DNA from: Hyalangium minutum
Lineage (GTDB): Bacteria > Myxococcota > Myxococcia > Myxococcales > Myxococcaceae
Direction of reading: 5' to 3'
Length of the DNA: 64,000 nucleotides
Assembly (NCBI RefSeq): GCF_000737315.1
Contig: NZ_JMCB01000002.1
Coordinates: 248,001 to 312,000, forward strand
Part shown: positions 16,863 through 26,461 of the stretch, one piece after another
How positions within the stretch are numbered: position 1 is the first letter of the stretch
Layout: each line of letters opens with the position of its first letter
Position numbers and translations under genes: made by a program
Notes under the pieces: generated by a model
The model's database searches: none
What the model was told of the DNA's origin: nothing
Seen by the model: only the letters and a program-made list of their open reading frames with translations

Positions 16863-17378
16863 GTGCCCTTTGCTTCGCTGCTGTGTCTCGTGCTCGCCGC
16901 TTCGCCTGCTGCCTCGGATAAGGCGGACCCTCGCCCCGCCATCGCCGCCGTGCTGGATGACTGGCACAAGGCGGCCGCCGAGGCGGACGAGGCTCGCTAC
17001 TTCGGCCACTTCACCGCCGACGGCGTCTTCCTGGGCACGGATGCCACCGAGCGGTGGACCCGCGATGCGTTCCGCGCCTGGGCCAAGCCCTTCTTCGCCC
17101 GGGGCAAGGCGTGGAGCTTCCGGTCTGTGTCGCGCAACATCGCGTTGTCCAAGGATGGCACTGTGGCGTGGTTCGACGAGGCGCTCGACACCCCGAACAT
17201 GGGACCGTGCCGTGGCTCGGGTGTCCGCGTGAAGGAGGGAGGGGACTGGAAGATCGCCCAGTACAACCTCTCCGTTCCCATCCCCAATGCGCTGCTGCCC
17301 GAGTTCAAGAAGCAGATCGAGGCGCACCTCAAGCAGCCTCCGGCGCCCGCCAAGAGCGAGCCCGCTCCGAAGAAGTAG
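16863..17378 (+). CDS. Secreted NTF2/SnoaL-like domain protein
   Basis: Signal peptide; LDDWHKAAA.AD...YF..F..DGVFLGTDATERW, WKIAQYNLS. Confidence 0.85.
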   Translation: MPFASLLCLVLAASPAASDKADPRPAIAAVLDDWHKAAAEADEARYFGHFTADGVFLGTDATERWTRDAFRAWAKPFFARGKAWSFRSVSRNIALSKDGTVAWFDEALDTPNMGPCRGSGVRVKEGGDWKIAQYNLSVPIPNALLPEFKKQIEAHLKQPPAPAKSEPAPKK

Positions 17379-17399
17379 CCAGTTCCAGCCTGAGCGAGG

Positions 17400-18752
17400 C
17401 TACAGGCCGAACGGATAGGTGTCGGGCGCGTCCTCCTCCTCGTGCCCGGCGTTCGCGTCCAGCGGGTGGACCGCGAACGTCTCGTCATAGTGGACCACCG
17501 CGTCGAACTGCGCGGGGAGGTCCGCCAGGAAGTAATGGCTCCAGCGCTCCGTGCGCGGCGCATACACCACGCCAATGGCCCGCTCCAGCCGACGCTCGCG
17601 CAGGCCCGAAGCCGCCTCGCCCAGGTCCTCCATTCGCAGCAGGAACCGAGGCAGCTCCACCTCATGGAAGAGGTGCTCGTAGCTGCCCGGGATCGCGGCG
17701 CGGATGCGGCGGCGCAGCCCTGGGCCATCCCACTCCTTGGCCGCGATCACCGTGCCCGTGTACGTGGTGAAGCCCACGCTGTAGACGGCCTTCGCGTGCC
17801 GCTCGCGCAGGAGCTGCCCCAGGTTCAGCTCGCCCTGATCCCCGAGCTGCGTGGCCCGCGCATCTCCCAGGTGCGAGTTGTGCGCCCAGATCACCATCCG
17901 CGCGGGCTGGCCCGCCTTGCGCGTCAGGTGCGCCGCCAGCGCGTCCGCTGTGTCCGCCATGTGCGTATCACGCAGGTTCCAGCTGTCGTTCCGGCCCGCG
18001 TACATCGTCCGGTAGTAGGCCTCCGCGTCCTGGGCCAGCCGCGCGTTCTGCTCGGCGAAGAACCGGGCGTCCTCTTCCCGTGCACCCTGGGCCGTGCGGC
18101 GCTGCAGCTCCAGCAGCTGCTCCACCACCGCGTCCTCGCACGTGGCCGAGTAGCCGTACGCCGTGGCGTGTCCGTAGCTCTGCGGATCCGTGCCGAACTG
18201 CTCGAAGCACCCGTACCGCTCACGCGCCCGCTGCGCCGCTTGGGGATCCACCTTCTCCAGGTAGTCCACCACGGCGCGCATCGAGGCGTGCAGGCTGTAG
18301 AGGTCCAACCCGTAGAAGCCGGCTCGCTGCTCCGGAGGCCTCGCCGCGTTGTGCGCACGCATCCAGCGCACCAGCTCCGCCACCTCCTGGTTGCGCCACA
18401 TCCACCGGGGGAAGCGCTCGAAGTTCCCCAGCGCGGACGCTGCCTCCGTGTCGGTTCCCTCGCCCTGGATGAAGGCGTTCACGCGGAGGGCGTCCGGCCA
18501 ATCCGCCTCCACCGCTACCGCCGTGAAGCCCTGCTCGGAGATCAGCCGCCGGGTGAGCGCCGCTCGCAGTGCATAGAACTCATGGGTGCCGTGGGTCGCC
18601 TCGCCCAGCAAGACCAGGCGGGCGTCGCCGATGCCCTCGATCAAGGCATCCAGATCCGAGGCCGTGCCCGTGAGTGGCACGGCGGCTGACTTCACTCCGT
18701 CCAGCAGGGCGGAAGAGATGTCCGGTGTGTCGTCATCGAAAAAGGGGGCCAT
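17400..18752 (-). CDS. Erythromycin esterase family protein
   Basis: LLGEATHGTHEFY, VEADWPD, FPRWMWRN, WNLRDTHM, WAHNSHLGDARAT. Confidence 0.92.
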   Translation of the reverse strand: MAPFFDDDTPDISSALLDGVKSAAVPLTGTASDLDALIEGIGDARLVLLGEATHGTHEFYALRAALTRRLISEQGFTAVAVEADWPDALRVNAFIQGEGTDTEAASALGNFERFPRWMWRNQEVAELVRWMRAHNAARPPEQRAGFYGLDLYSLHASMRAVVDYLEKVDPQAAQRARERYGCFEQFGTDPQSYGHATAYGYSATCEDAVVEQLLELQRRTAQGAREEDARFFAEQNARLAQDAEAYYRTMYAGRNDSWNLRDTHMADTADALAAHLTRKAGQPARMVIWAHNSHLGDARATQLGDQGELNLGQLLRERHAKAVYSVGFTTYTGTVIAAKEWDGPGLRRRIRAAIPGSYEHLFHEVELPRFLLRMEDLGEAASGLRERRLERAIGVVYAPRTERWSHYFLADLPAQFDAVVHYDETFAVHPLDANAGHEEEDAPDTYPFGL

Positions 18753-19087
18753 ACCCTGAAGGTGGGCAGGTGCACGGGGACTGCCCAGCCATGCACCGGC
18801 TGTGGGCGAGCAGGCGAGGGGCGGCTCGCGCCCGTGGGCAGGAGCCATGGATGTCGGACCGAGCCGCTACCCTGCTGTTCATGCGGGAGCACTCCTCGAG
18901 CGTGAACGTGTTGGGTTTCCATCACCCGGCCGATGAACCCGCTGGTCACCTCTGGGGTGGGTGCCCATCGTCGCCATCACTCGGGTCAGCCACGGCAAGG
19001 CAATGGGGAACAGGCCGCCCCTCCTGGACGCTCGCTCGGAGCGAGAGAGGAGGGGGCCGGGCCGTGGGGTGGTGGAGGAGCAGGCAG

Positions 19088-19636
19088 ATGGGGCGAGACT
19101 TCTGGGTGGTAGGGGCGCGGTGGCTGATTCTTGCGGCAATGCTCGCGGCGGGGTTGTCCGAGGCCCGTGAAGTGGCTGGCGTGAGGATGGACGACACGCT
19201 GGAGCTGCAAGGCCGCAGGCTGGCGCTCGCGCACATGGCGCTCAAGGAGAAGCTCTTCTTCAACATCTACGTGTGGGGGCTCTATATGGAGCAGATCCCC
19301 CGCGTGGAGGCCGAGGCCATCGCCACCAACTCGGTGAAGCGGCTGCACTTCCGCTTCCTGCGGAAGATCCGCCGGGAGCAGCTCGTGGGGGCCTTCCGGC
19401 AGGGGATTGCCACCAACGCCAGCATGCTCTCGGAGCCCATGCAGCAGGGGATGGAGACGCTGCTGCAGTCCTTCAAGGACGTGAGCAAGGGGGACAACCT
19501 CATCCTCACGTATGATCCCAACGCTGGGCTGCTGGTGTCCGGCGAGGCCTCGGGGGGCGTGCTCATTCCGGGCAAGGGCTTCGCGGACGCGCTGTTCTCG
19601 GCGTGGCTGCAGAAGCACCCGGTGTTCCCGCGCTGA
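19088..19636 (+). CDS. Chalcone isomerase-like protein (exported)
   Basis: Signal peptide; G..L.L....LKEKLFFNIYVWGLY, GD.L.LTY.P, GKGFADALFSAWL. Confidence 0.8.
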   Translation: MGRDFWVVGARWLILAAMLAAGLSEAREVAGVRMDDTLELQGRRLALAHMALKEKLFFNIYVWGLYMEQIPRVEAEAIATNSVKRLHFRFLRKIRREQLVGAFRQGIATNASMLSEPMQQGMETLLQSFKDVSKGDNLILTYDPNAGLLVSGEASGGVLIPGKGFADALFSAWLQKHPVFPR

Positions 19637-19642
19637 GGTCGG

Positions 19643-20533
19643 CTACTTCTTCCGGAGCACGAAGGTCGTGAGCGGCTTGATGCCGTTCTGCTGCGCGAAG
19701 TGGCCCTGGTTGATGGCGAAGGCCACGCGTCCGCGCGAGTCCACGTACATCAACGGCTTGCCCAGCGGCACGTCGCTGAAGGTGGCGGCGAAGGGCAGGC
19801 GCAGCTCGCGGCCCTTGCCGAAGGTGACGCGCGCCGTGTCGCCGCGCTGGTAGCCCAGCTTCGCCAGCAGGGCGCCGTCCGCGTTGGTGACGAGGTTGCC
19901 GTACGGATGCTCGATGGCGAGCACCGTGCCGTTGAGCGCCGTGTCCGTCAGCTTCGCCTCGGGGATTTCAAGGCGCTTCCACTCGGTGAGCACCGGGCCC
20001 ACCTGCGTCCAGTCATCGCCTCGGGCAATCCGAGCGCCTACGGGAGCGAAGACGTCCCGGCCGTGGAAGGTGGAGGAGAGGCTCGGGGTGAGGTTCCACG
20101 CGGAGTTCGTGAGGTGGCGGACCTCGGTGAGGCCCTCCTGGCGCTCGACGAGGGTGATCAGCCCGTTGTCCGGGAGAACGAAGTACTGGCCGCGCTTCGT
20201 CTTTGCCACGATGGCGCGGCGATCGCTGCCCACGCCGGGGTCGATGACGGTGACGAACACGGTGCCCGCTGGGTAGTAGGGCGCGGTGCCGGCCAGGAAG
20301 CGAGCGCCGTCCAGCACGGAGTAGGGCTCCACATCGTGGGACAGGTCGATGATCCGCAGCCGGGGCTCCAGGCCGAGCATGACGCCTTTGCAGATGGCCA
20401 CCGAGTCGTCCCGCTGGCCAAAGTCCGTCATGAAGACGAGCGTGGGTTGCGCGGGGGCAGCGGGCTCTGCGGCGACGGCCTGAAGTGTGGCGAGGAGCGG
20501 CAGGAGGAGGACGAGGCGGGAGGCCAGGGGCAT
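19643..20533 (-). CDS. SAM hydroxide adenosyltransferase (DUF62; chlorinase/fluorinase superfamily) with signal peptide
   Basis: FMTDFG, DLSH, VIDPGVGSDRR, PDNGL, STFHGRDVFAP, YGNLVTN; N-terminal AVA-AE signal. Confidence 0.88.
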   Translation of the reverse strand: MPLASRLVLLLPLLATLQAVAAEPAAPAQPTLVFMTDFGQRDDSVAICKGVMLGLEPRLRIIDLSHDVEPYSVLDGARFLAGTAPYYPAGTVFVTVIDPGVGSDRRAIVAKTKRGQYFVLPDNGLITLVERQEGLTEVRHLTNSAWNLTPSLSSTFHGRDVFAPVGARIARGDDWTQVGPVLTEWKRLEIPEAKLTDTALNGTVLAIEHPYGNLVTNADGALLAKLGYQRGDTARVTFGKGRELRLPFAATFSDVPLGKPLMYVDSRGRVAFAINQGHFAQQNGIKPLTTFVLRKK

Positions 20534-20660
20534 GGGGGCATTCTGATGGCCAATTCCTGGCATGGGAACACGTACTACTTGAGAGGGTAAACAGGAGACG
20601 GCTTACCCAGGTAAACGAGAGGACGCGCCAGGAGTTCCTGAAATCTCCTCCTGACGCAGG

Positions 20661-20676
20661 CTACCGTGGACGGTAG
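20661..20676. promoter_or_regulatory. Perfect palindrome in divergent intergenic region (candidate operator)
   Basis: CTACCGT-GG-ACGGTAG, between the DUF62 gene and the OmpA/TBDR operon. Confidence 0.35.
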
Positions 20677-20716
20677 TCTCACCCGCCCATCTCACCCTTC
20701 GGGAGGACTCTTACCC

Positions 20717-21532
20717 ATGCGTTCCATGTTGGCCCTGGCCACGGCCGCGGCACTCGCCTCGGGCTGCGTCTCGCAGAGCAAGTACAACGAGCTGTCCGCC
20801 GAGGCCGAGAACCTCGACAACCGCCTCAAGGAGGAGAAGGGCGCTCGCGAGCTGGCCGACGCCAAGCTGAAGGAACTGGAGGAGAAGAACGCCGCCCTCG
20901 AGCGCGACAAGGAGGCCCTCACCTCCCGCCTCACCACCTCCGAGTCCCGCCTCACCGCCGCCGCCGCTGAGCGCCATGCCCTCGAGCAGAAGAACATCGA
21001 GCTCTCCGCCCTCAATGACGAACTGGCCAAGTCCACCCGCAGGCTCGCCGAGGCCAAAGAGGCCCTCGAGCAGAAGAGCGCCGAGTACGAGAACCTCGCC
21101 CAGAGCCTCAAGAAGGAGATCTCCGAGGGGAAGATCCAGCTCTCCGAGCTCCAGGGCCGGATGACCGTCCAGCTCAAGGACAAGATCCTCTTCGCCTCGG
21201 GCTCCACCCGCGTCAACAAAGAGGGTCAGGACGCCCTTGTGAAGATCGCCGACGCCCTGAAGACCGTGCAGGGCCGCATCATCCGCGTGGAGGGCCACAC
21301 CGACGACGTGCCCACCCCCAAGGACGGCCCGTTCCCCTCCAACTGGGAGCTCAGCCTCGCCCGCGCCATGGCCGTGGTGCGCGCCCTCCAGGACTCGGGC
21401 GTGGACCCCACGGTCCTCTCGGCCGCTGGCTACGGGCAGTACCAGCCCATTGTGCCCAACGACAGTGAGAAGAACCGCAGTCTCAACCGGCGCATTGAAA
21501 TCGTGCTCGCACCCAAAGCGGGAGGGCGTTAG
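20717..21532 (+). CDS. OmpA/MotB-family peptidoglycan-binding lipoprotein with coiled coil
   Basis: LASGC lipobox, long heptad region, ILFASGS, VEGHTD, NWELS.ARA, NRRIEI. Confidence 0.92.
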   Translation: MRSMLALATAAALASGCVSQSKYNELSAEAENLDNRLKEEKGARELADAKLKELEEKNAALERDKEALTSRLTTSESRLTAAAAERHALEQKNIELSALNDELAKSTRRLAEAKEALEQKSAEYENLAQSLKKEISEGKIQLSELQGRMTVQLKDKILFASGSTRVNKEGQDALVKIADALKTVQGRIIRVEGHTDDVPTPKDGPFPSNWELSLARAMAVVRALQDSGVDPTVLSAAGYGQYQPIVPNDSEKNRSLNRRIEIVLAPKAGGR

Positions 21533-21541
21533 ACGGGGGGC

Positions 21542-24157
21542 GTGAAAACGCTCGCCTCCGTCCTTTGTGTCCTCGTGGTTACCGGGGCCATGGCTCAGGC
21601 CCCGGACGCCGGAACTCCCTCTCCCGACGCAGGCGCCCCCACGGGGGTGCTCACCAAGGCTCCCGTCCTCAAGCGTCAGGTCGAGGCGCAGTATCCCCCC
21701 GAAGCCCTCGCGCAGCAGCTCGAGGGCACGGTGGTCATGCTCATCGACATCTCCGAGGCTGGCGCCGTCACGGACGTTGAGGTGACGCAGCCCGCGGGCC
21801 ACGGCTTCGATGAGGCCGCCGTCGCCGCCGTGCGCCAGTTCGAGTTCGAACCCGCCGAGGTGGACAACGTCCCCGCCCCGGTGCGCATCGAGTACGCCTA
21901 TCAGTTCGTCTGGCGCGCCCCACCCCCACCTGAGGGCACCGAGCCCGGGAAGCCTCCGGAGGCCCCGGTGAACTTCAGCGGCCGCGCCCTGGAGCGAGGC
22001 ACCCGCCGCCCGCTTGCCGGCGCCGAGGTGGCCCTGCCCGAGCTGCAGCTCACCACCAGCACGAACGAGGAGGGCCGCTTCTCCTTCCGAGGCGTCCCCG
22101 TGGGCAACCACGAGGTGCTCGTCATCCTCAGCGGGTACGACCGGTTCCGCACCCGGGAGACCATCGCCGAGGGCCAGGAGACGCAGGCCACGTACTACGT
22201 CCAGAGGCGCATCTTCAGCCAGTTCGAGACGGTGGTGCGCAGCGAGCGCGAGCGCAAGGAGGTGACGCGCACCACGCTCCAGGTGGCCGAGATTCAGAAG
22301 GTGCCAGGCACCCAGGGCGACACGCTCAAGGTGGTGCAGAACCTGCCCGGCGTGGCGCGGCCCGCGTTCAACGGCGGCCAGCTCGTCATCCGCGGCACCA
22401 GCCCGAATGACTCGGGTGTGTTCCTCGACGGGCAGCGCATTCCGCTGCTGTACCACTTCGGTGGCTTGACCTCCGTGTACAACTCGGAGCTGCTGGACTC
22501 GCTGGACTACCTGCCCGGCAACTTCTCTTCCTACTTCGGCAACGTCACCGGCGGCGTCATCAACGTGCGCAGCCGCGCCCCGAAGATGGACCGCTTCCAT
22601 GGCACCGTGGGCGTCAACCTCGTCGAGTCCAACGCCGTGCTCGAGGGCCCCATCACCGAGAACCTGGGCATCGCCGTGGCCGGCCGGCGCTCCTACGTGG
22701 ACCTGGTGCTCAAGCTGGTCCCCGAGAACGAGGACGGCCCCTCCATCCAGGTGGCCCCGCGCTACTACGACGCCCAGCTGAAGCTGAACTGGACACCCAG
22801 CAAGCGGCACACCTTCACTCTCCAGGGGCTCACCTCCAATGACACGCTGGGGCTGGTGTTCGACCGGCCCGCGGACCAGGACCCGAGCGTCAACGGCGAC
22901 TTCGAAGTGACGACCGGCTTCAACCAGCTGCGGCTCGGCCACCAGTACAAGGGCGGCGCGCTCACCGTGGAGAGCCAGGGCATGGTGGGCAACACGAAGA
23001 TCGAGTTCACCCTGGGCGATCGCTACCTGCGCATCAACGCGCTGGACTTGGATCTGCGCTCCACCGCCGAGTACACCCTCAGCGAGGCGCTCACCCTGGC
23101 TGCTGGGTTGGACATCCAGTACGCCGACGCCAGCGTGAGGGCGCGCGTGCAGGCTCCGCCTCGCGAGGGCGAGCCCGCGGGCCCGTTGGTGAACGAGGAG
23201 ATCATCACCGCGGACGCGGACTCCTATCAATACTACCCGGGCATCTGGGCCGAGGCGCGTTGGCGCCCGTTCAAGGAACTGCTCGTGGTGCCGGGCCTGC
23301 GCAGCGAGAGCTACCTCTTCGGAGAGCAGAAGGTGAACAAGCGCTCGCTCAACCCACGGCTGGCGGTGCGCTACTCGCTCACGGAGCAGGTGACGCTCAA
23401 GGGAGGCGCGGGCCTGTACCACGGGCCTCCGGCCCAGGAAGAGCCCAACAGCACCTTTGGCAACCCGGAGCTGAAGGCCAAGCGCTCCATCCAGTACAGC
23501 GTGGGCTCCGAGTGGCAGCCCACCCCTGAGTACTTCATCAGCGGCGAGCTCTTCTACAATGACTTGAGCCGCCTCATCGTCAGCTCGGACCGGCTGGTGG
23601 AGCGGGACGGGCAGTTGGTGCCCGAGCGGCTGACCAACGCGGGCACCGGCCGCATCTATGGCTTCGAGCTGCTGGCCCGCCGTGCCCTCACCGAGCGGTT
23701 CTTCGGGTGGGTGGCCTATACCTTCAGCAAGAGCCAGCGGCGGGACAAGCCGGACGCGGCGCTGCGCCTGTTCGACAACGACCAGACGCACGTGCTCACG
23801 GTGATTGGCAGCTACAAGCTGCCCGCGGGCTGGGAGGTGGGCGCGCGCTTCCGCTTCTCCTCGGGCAACCCGCTCACGCCCATCGTCGGCGCCCGAAGGG
23901 ATGACAACACGGATGTCTTCATTCCCGTGTTCGGGCCGGTGAACTCGCAGCGGCTGCCCAACTTCAACCAGTTGGACATCCGCGTGGACAAGAACTTCAT
24001 CTTCGACCAGTGGAGCCTGGATCTCTACGTGGACCTGACCAACGTCTATAACAACCCGGCGAAGGAAGGCCTCCTCTACAACTACAACTACTCCGAGTCG
24101 GCCTTCCTGGAGGGCCTGCCCATCCTGCCGATTTTCGGCGCCAAGGGGAGCTTCTGA
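21542..24157 (+). CDS. TonB-dependent receptor with N-terminal TonB C-terminal domain
   Basis: YPPEA...EGTV....I...G.V..V....GHGFDEAA..AVRQF.F.PA (TonB_C), prealbumin-like domain, plug (LPGV..IRG), beta-barrel ending in F. Confidence 0.92.
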   Translation: MKTLASVLCVLVVTGAMAQAPDAGTPSPDAGAPTGVLTKAPVLKRQVEAQYPPEALAQQLEGTVVMLIDISEAGAVTDVEVTQPAGHGFDEAAVAAVRQFEFEPAEVDNVPAPVRIEYAYQFVWRAPPPPEGTEPGKPPEAPVNFSGRALERGTRRPLAGAEVALPELQLTTSTNEEGRFSFRGVPVGNHEVLVILSGYDRFRTRETIAEGQETQATYYVQRRIFSQFETVVRSERERKEVTRTTLQVAEIQKVPGTQGDTLKVVQNLPGVARPAFNGGQLVIRGTSPNDSGVFLDGQRIPLLYHFGGLTSVYNSELLDSLDYLPGNFSSYFGNVTGGVINVRSRAPKMDRFHGTVGVNLVESNAVLEGPITENLGIAVAGRRSYVDLVLKLVPENEDGPSIQVAPRYYDAQLKLNWTPSKRHTFTLQGLTSNDTLGLVFDRPADQDPSVNGDFEVTTGFNQLRLGHQYKGGALTVESQGMVGNTKIEFTLGDRYLRINALDLDLRSTAEYTLSEALTLAAGLDIQYADASVRARVQAPPREGEPAGPLVNEEIITADADSYQYYPGIWAEARWRPFKELLVVPGLRSESYLFGEQKVNKRSLNPRLAVRYSLTEQVTLKGGAGLYHGPPAQEEPNSTFGNPELKAKRSIQYSVGSEWQPTPEYFISGELFYNDLSRLIVSSDRLVERDGQLVPERLTNAGTGRIYGFELLARRALTERFFGWVAYTFSKSQRRDKPDAALRLFDNDQTHVLTVIGSYKLPAGWEVGARFRFSSGNPLTPIVGARRDDNTDVFIPVFGPVNSQRLPNFNQLDIRVDKNFIFDQWSLDLYVDLTNVYNNPAKEGLLYNYNYSESAFLEGLPILPIFGAKGSF

Positions 24158-24158
24158 C

Positions 24159-25034
24159 ATGCGCGCGCCTGTTCTTCTCTGCCTGTCCCTGGCGGTGGCC
24201 GCTTGCGGCCCGGAGTTCGAGCTCCAGCAGGAGATCCGCCGTGTCCGCGTGCTGGCCATCAAGGCCGAGCCCGCCGAGATCACCTTCGATCCGGATGCGC
24301 CCGCGCTGCCGCCGCCCGTGGTGTTCAGCGCGCTCGCGGTGGCTCCGGACGAGCGCGACATCGGCGTGACGCTCGCGCTCTGCCGGCCGGGCAATGCCTA
24401 CAGCAGTGAGCTGGAGTGCCCCGGCAAGGATGGCGCAACGCTGCCTCAGGGCGAGCTGTCGCTGCTCGACCCCAACGTGCAGCAGATCCTCCAGGAAACC
24501 GCCGAGGCGGGCGGGGGCGGGGGAGATGGAGGGAGTCTGGACCTCAATGATCCGCAGACGCGCGCCGTGCTGGAGAAGGGCGTGCCGCTCTTCATCGGCT
24601 ACAAGGCCAGCGATGGCTCGGAGACGCCCGAGGGTACGGAAGAGGGCGTGCGCCGGCTGACGCTGAAGCTCACGGCCACGCCCAACCAGAACCCGCGCAT
24701 GGCGGACATCCTCCTGAACGATGCGCCGCTCGCGGGCCCGCTGCCGCTGAGCACCGAGCTGGTGCTCCGGCCGCAGCTCGCCGAGGGCAGCCTGGAGCAG
24801 TACGAGGCGGAGGACGGGCCTCGGACGGAGCAGGTCTTCTACAGCTGGTTCGCCACCGGAGACGGTGAGGTGAAGCAGCTGCGCTCCCTGGAGCCGGTGG
24901 ATGGCAAGCCCGGCGAGCCCACCATCCAGTACGTCACGCCCAGCACGCCCCAGCGTGTGACGATCTACGTGGTGGCCCGGGATGGCCGGGGCGGTGTGGA
25001 CTGGCTGTCGCGCACGCTCGACGTCGGGCCCTGA
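24159..25034 (+). CDS. Lipoprotein, TBDR partner
   Basis: AVAAC lipobox, RVLAIKAEP, C-terminal VVARDGRGG; begins 1 nt after the TBDR stop. Confidence 0.8.
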   Translation: MRAPVLLCLSLAVAACGPEFELQQEIRRVRVLAIKAEPAEITFDPDAPALPPPVVFSALAVAPDERDIGVTLALCRPGNAYSSELECPGKDGATLPQGELSLLDPNVQQILQETAEAGGGGGDGGSLDLNDPQTRAVLEKGVPLFIGYKASDGSETPEGTEEGVRRLTLKLTATPNQNPRMADILLNDAPLAGPLPLSTELVLRPQLAEGSLEQYEAEDGPRTEQVFYSWFATGDGEVKQLRSLEPVDGKPGEPTIQYVTPSTPQRVTIYVVARDGRGGVDWLSRTLDVGP

Positions 25035-25035
25035 C

Positions 25036-26310
25036 TCAGGCTCCAGCGGGCTCGGGCCTCTGCAGCGCGGCGGAGGCCCGGCCGAGACCCTCGGCCACCG
25101 AGGTGAAGGCGTCCGCTGTCCTCACGCGCTCCTCGCCAAAGCGGTCCACGTAGAGCTTCCGCACGGCGGGGATCTGCGACGAGCCGCCCGTGAGGAACAC
25201 CGCGTCGATCTCTCCCGCGCCCTGGCACCGGTCCAGCAGCCCCTGTGTCACCTGCTCCAGCTCGGTGAGCAGTGGCTGGCAGAAGGTGTCGAACTCGGCG
25301 CGGGTGATGCGCTCGTGCACGTTGATGCGCGCCTCCTCGAAGTCCAGCGTGGCCTCCTCGGCTTGGGAGAGCCGGACCTTCACCGCCTCGATGGCCCGGA
25401 AGAGCCGGTAGCCCAGGTTCTCCATCACCAGGTCGTACAGGGCCTCGGCCGTCTCCGGCTTTTCGCTGGACTCCAGCATCAGCTCCAGCAGTTCCTGCGT
25501 GGACTTCTCCCGGACGAACGACATCTCGTGCCAGGAGAGCAGCTTGGCCATCACGTGCTGTGGCACCGGCAGCCGCTTGTCCGTGAAGCCTCGTACCTTG
25601 TACGTGGTGCCCGCACCGAACCACGGCAGCAGCTTGTGGCGCATGATCTCCGCGTCGAACCGGTCACCGCCGATCCGCACGCCCGTGGAGCCCACCACGT
25701 CCGGCTTGCGGTCCAGCTTCCCTCGCCGCGAGGGCCCCAGCCGCATCAGCGTCAGGTCCGTGGTGCCCGCGCCGAAGTCCGCCACCAGCACCAGCTCGTC
25801 CCGCGACAGCTGGGCCTCGTAGGCGAGCGCCGCGGCGATGGGCTCGATGAGGAACTGGATGTGCGTGAAGCCCGCCAGCTCCGCTGCCTTGCGCAGCCGC
25901 TGCTCGGCCAGCGTGTCCGCCTCGGGATCCGGCGAGAAGAGGGCCGGGCGTCCCAGCATGACCGCGTCGGGAGGGCTGCCCAGCTGCGTGCCGGCGGCCT
26001 CTCGCACCCGGCGCAGCAGCACTGCCACCAGCTCCTCGATGGTCCACGTGCGGCCGTGCACCTGCGTCGCTCGGAACGAGCGGCTGTGCAGGAAGGACTT
26101 CACCGATTGGATGAAGCGCCCCGCGTTGTCCTCCAAATAGCGGGTGATGGCTTGCTCTCCGGCGTGGGTGGTGCGCTCGTCCTCTGGGAAGAAGAGCACC
26201 GAGCGGAAGAGGCGAGGCTCGGAGGTCCCCAGGGCGATGGGCAGCACCCGTCCATCCGGCAGGGCCGCCGCCGTGTTGCTCGTTCCGAAGTCGAGTCCGC
26301 AGACGTGCAT
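25036..26310 (-). CDS. Hsp70-family protein (YegD-like, actin-like ATPase domain only)
   Basis: GLDFGTSNT, EPIAAA, DFGAGTTD, FLTGGSS; no substrate-binding domain. Confidence 0.92.
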   Translation of the reverse strand: MHVCGLDFGTSNTAAALPDGRVLPIALGTSEPRLFRSVLFFPEDERTTHAGEQAITRYLEDNAGRFIQSVKSFLHSRSFRATQVHGRTWTIEELVAVLLRRVREAAGTQLGSPPDAVMLGRPALFSPDPEADTLAEQRLRKAAELAGFTHIQFLIEPIAAALAYEAQLSRDELVLVADFGAGTTDLTLMRLGPSRRGKLDRKPDVVGSTGVRIGGDRFDAEIMRHKLLPWFGAGTTYKVRGFTDKRLPVPQHVMAKLLSWHEMSFVREKSTQELLELMLESSEKPETAEALYDLVMENLGYRLFRAIEAVKVRLSQAEEATLDFEEARINVHERITRAEFDTFCQPLLTELEQVTQGLLDRCQGAGEIDAVFLTGGSSQIPAVRKLYVDRFGEERVRTADAFTSVAEGLGRASAALQRPEPAGA

Positions 26311-26461
26311 GGCTTCGGGAGATACCGCTGAACCGGGCGGGGCGGTAGCGCCTTCTCGGGTGGCGGCCGGAAGAGCGTGCCCTGGCGCTACGAGCGGCTC
26401 GGGTTGGCGCTCGCAAGGGACTCTCCATCTTTTCTCTGTCTCGTTCACGACAGGAGAGAAC

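Noticed and set aside
17400-18752. Macrolide resistance gene
   Set aside because: Widespread family with no mobile context; resistance cannot be inferred from family membership. The same applies to the SxxK hydrolase at 62671-63843 as a beta-lactamase.
18753-19087. 335-nt intergenic region with a possible 29-aa ORF (MDVGPSRY...) or an N-terminal extension of the chalcone-isomerase-like gene
   Set aside because: No codon bias or motif support; no recognisable ncRNA structure.
19643-20533. Fluorinase/chlorinase call
   Set aside because: Carries the DPG/R/TFHGRD residues of the hydroxide-type DUF62 enzymes; no evidence for halogenation.
20534-20716. Possible SAM riboswitch upstream of the SAM hydrolase
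   Set aside because: No SAM-I/II core motifs recognisable on the minus strand.
20717-21532. Flagellar stator MotB
   Set aside because: Lipobox instead of the TM helix with conserved Asp; no motA or flagellar genes nearby.
20711-24394. 1227-aa minus-strand ORF
   Set aside because: Antisense shadow of the OmpA/TBDR operon; stop-poor because of high GC3; no motifs.
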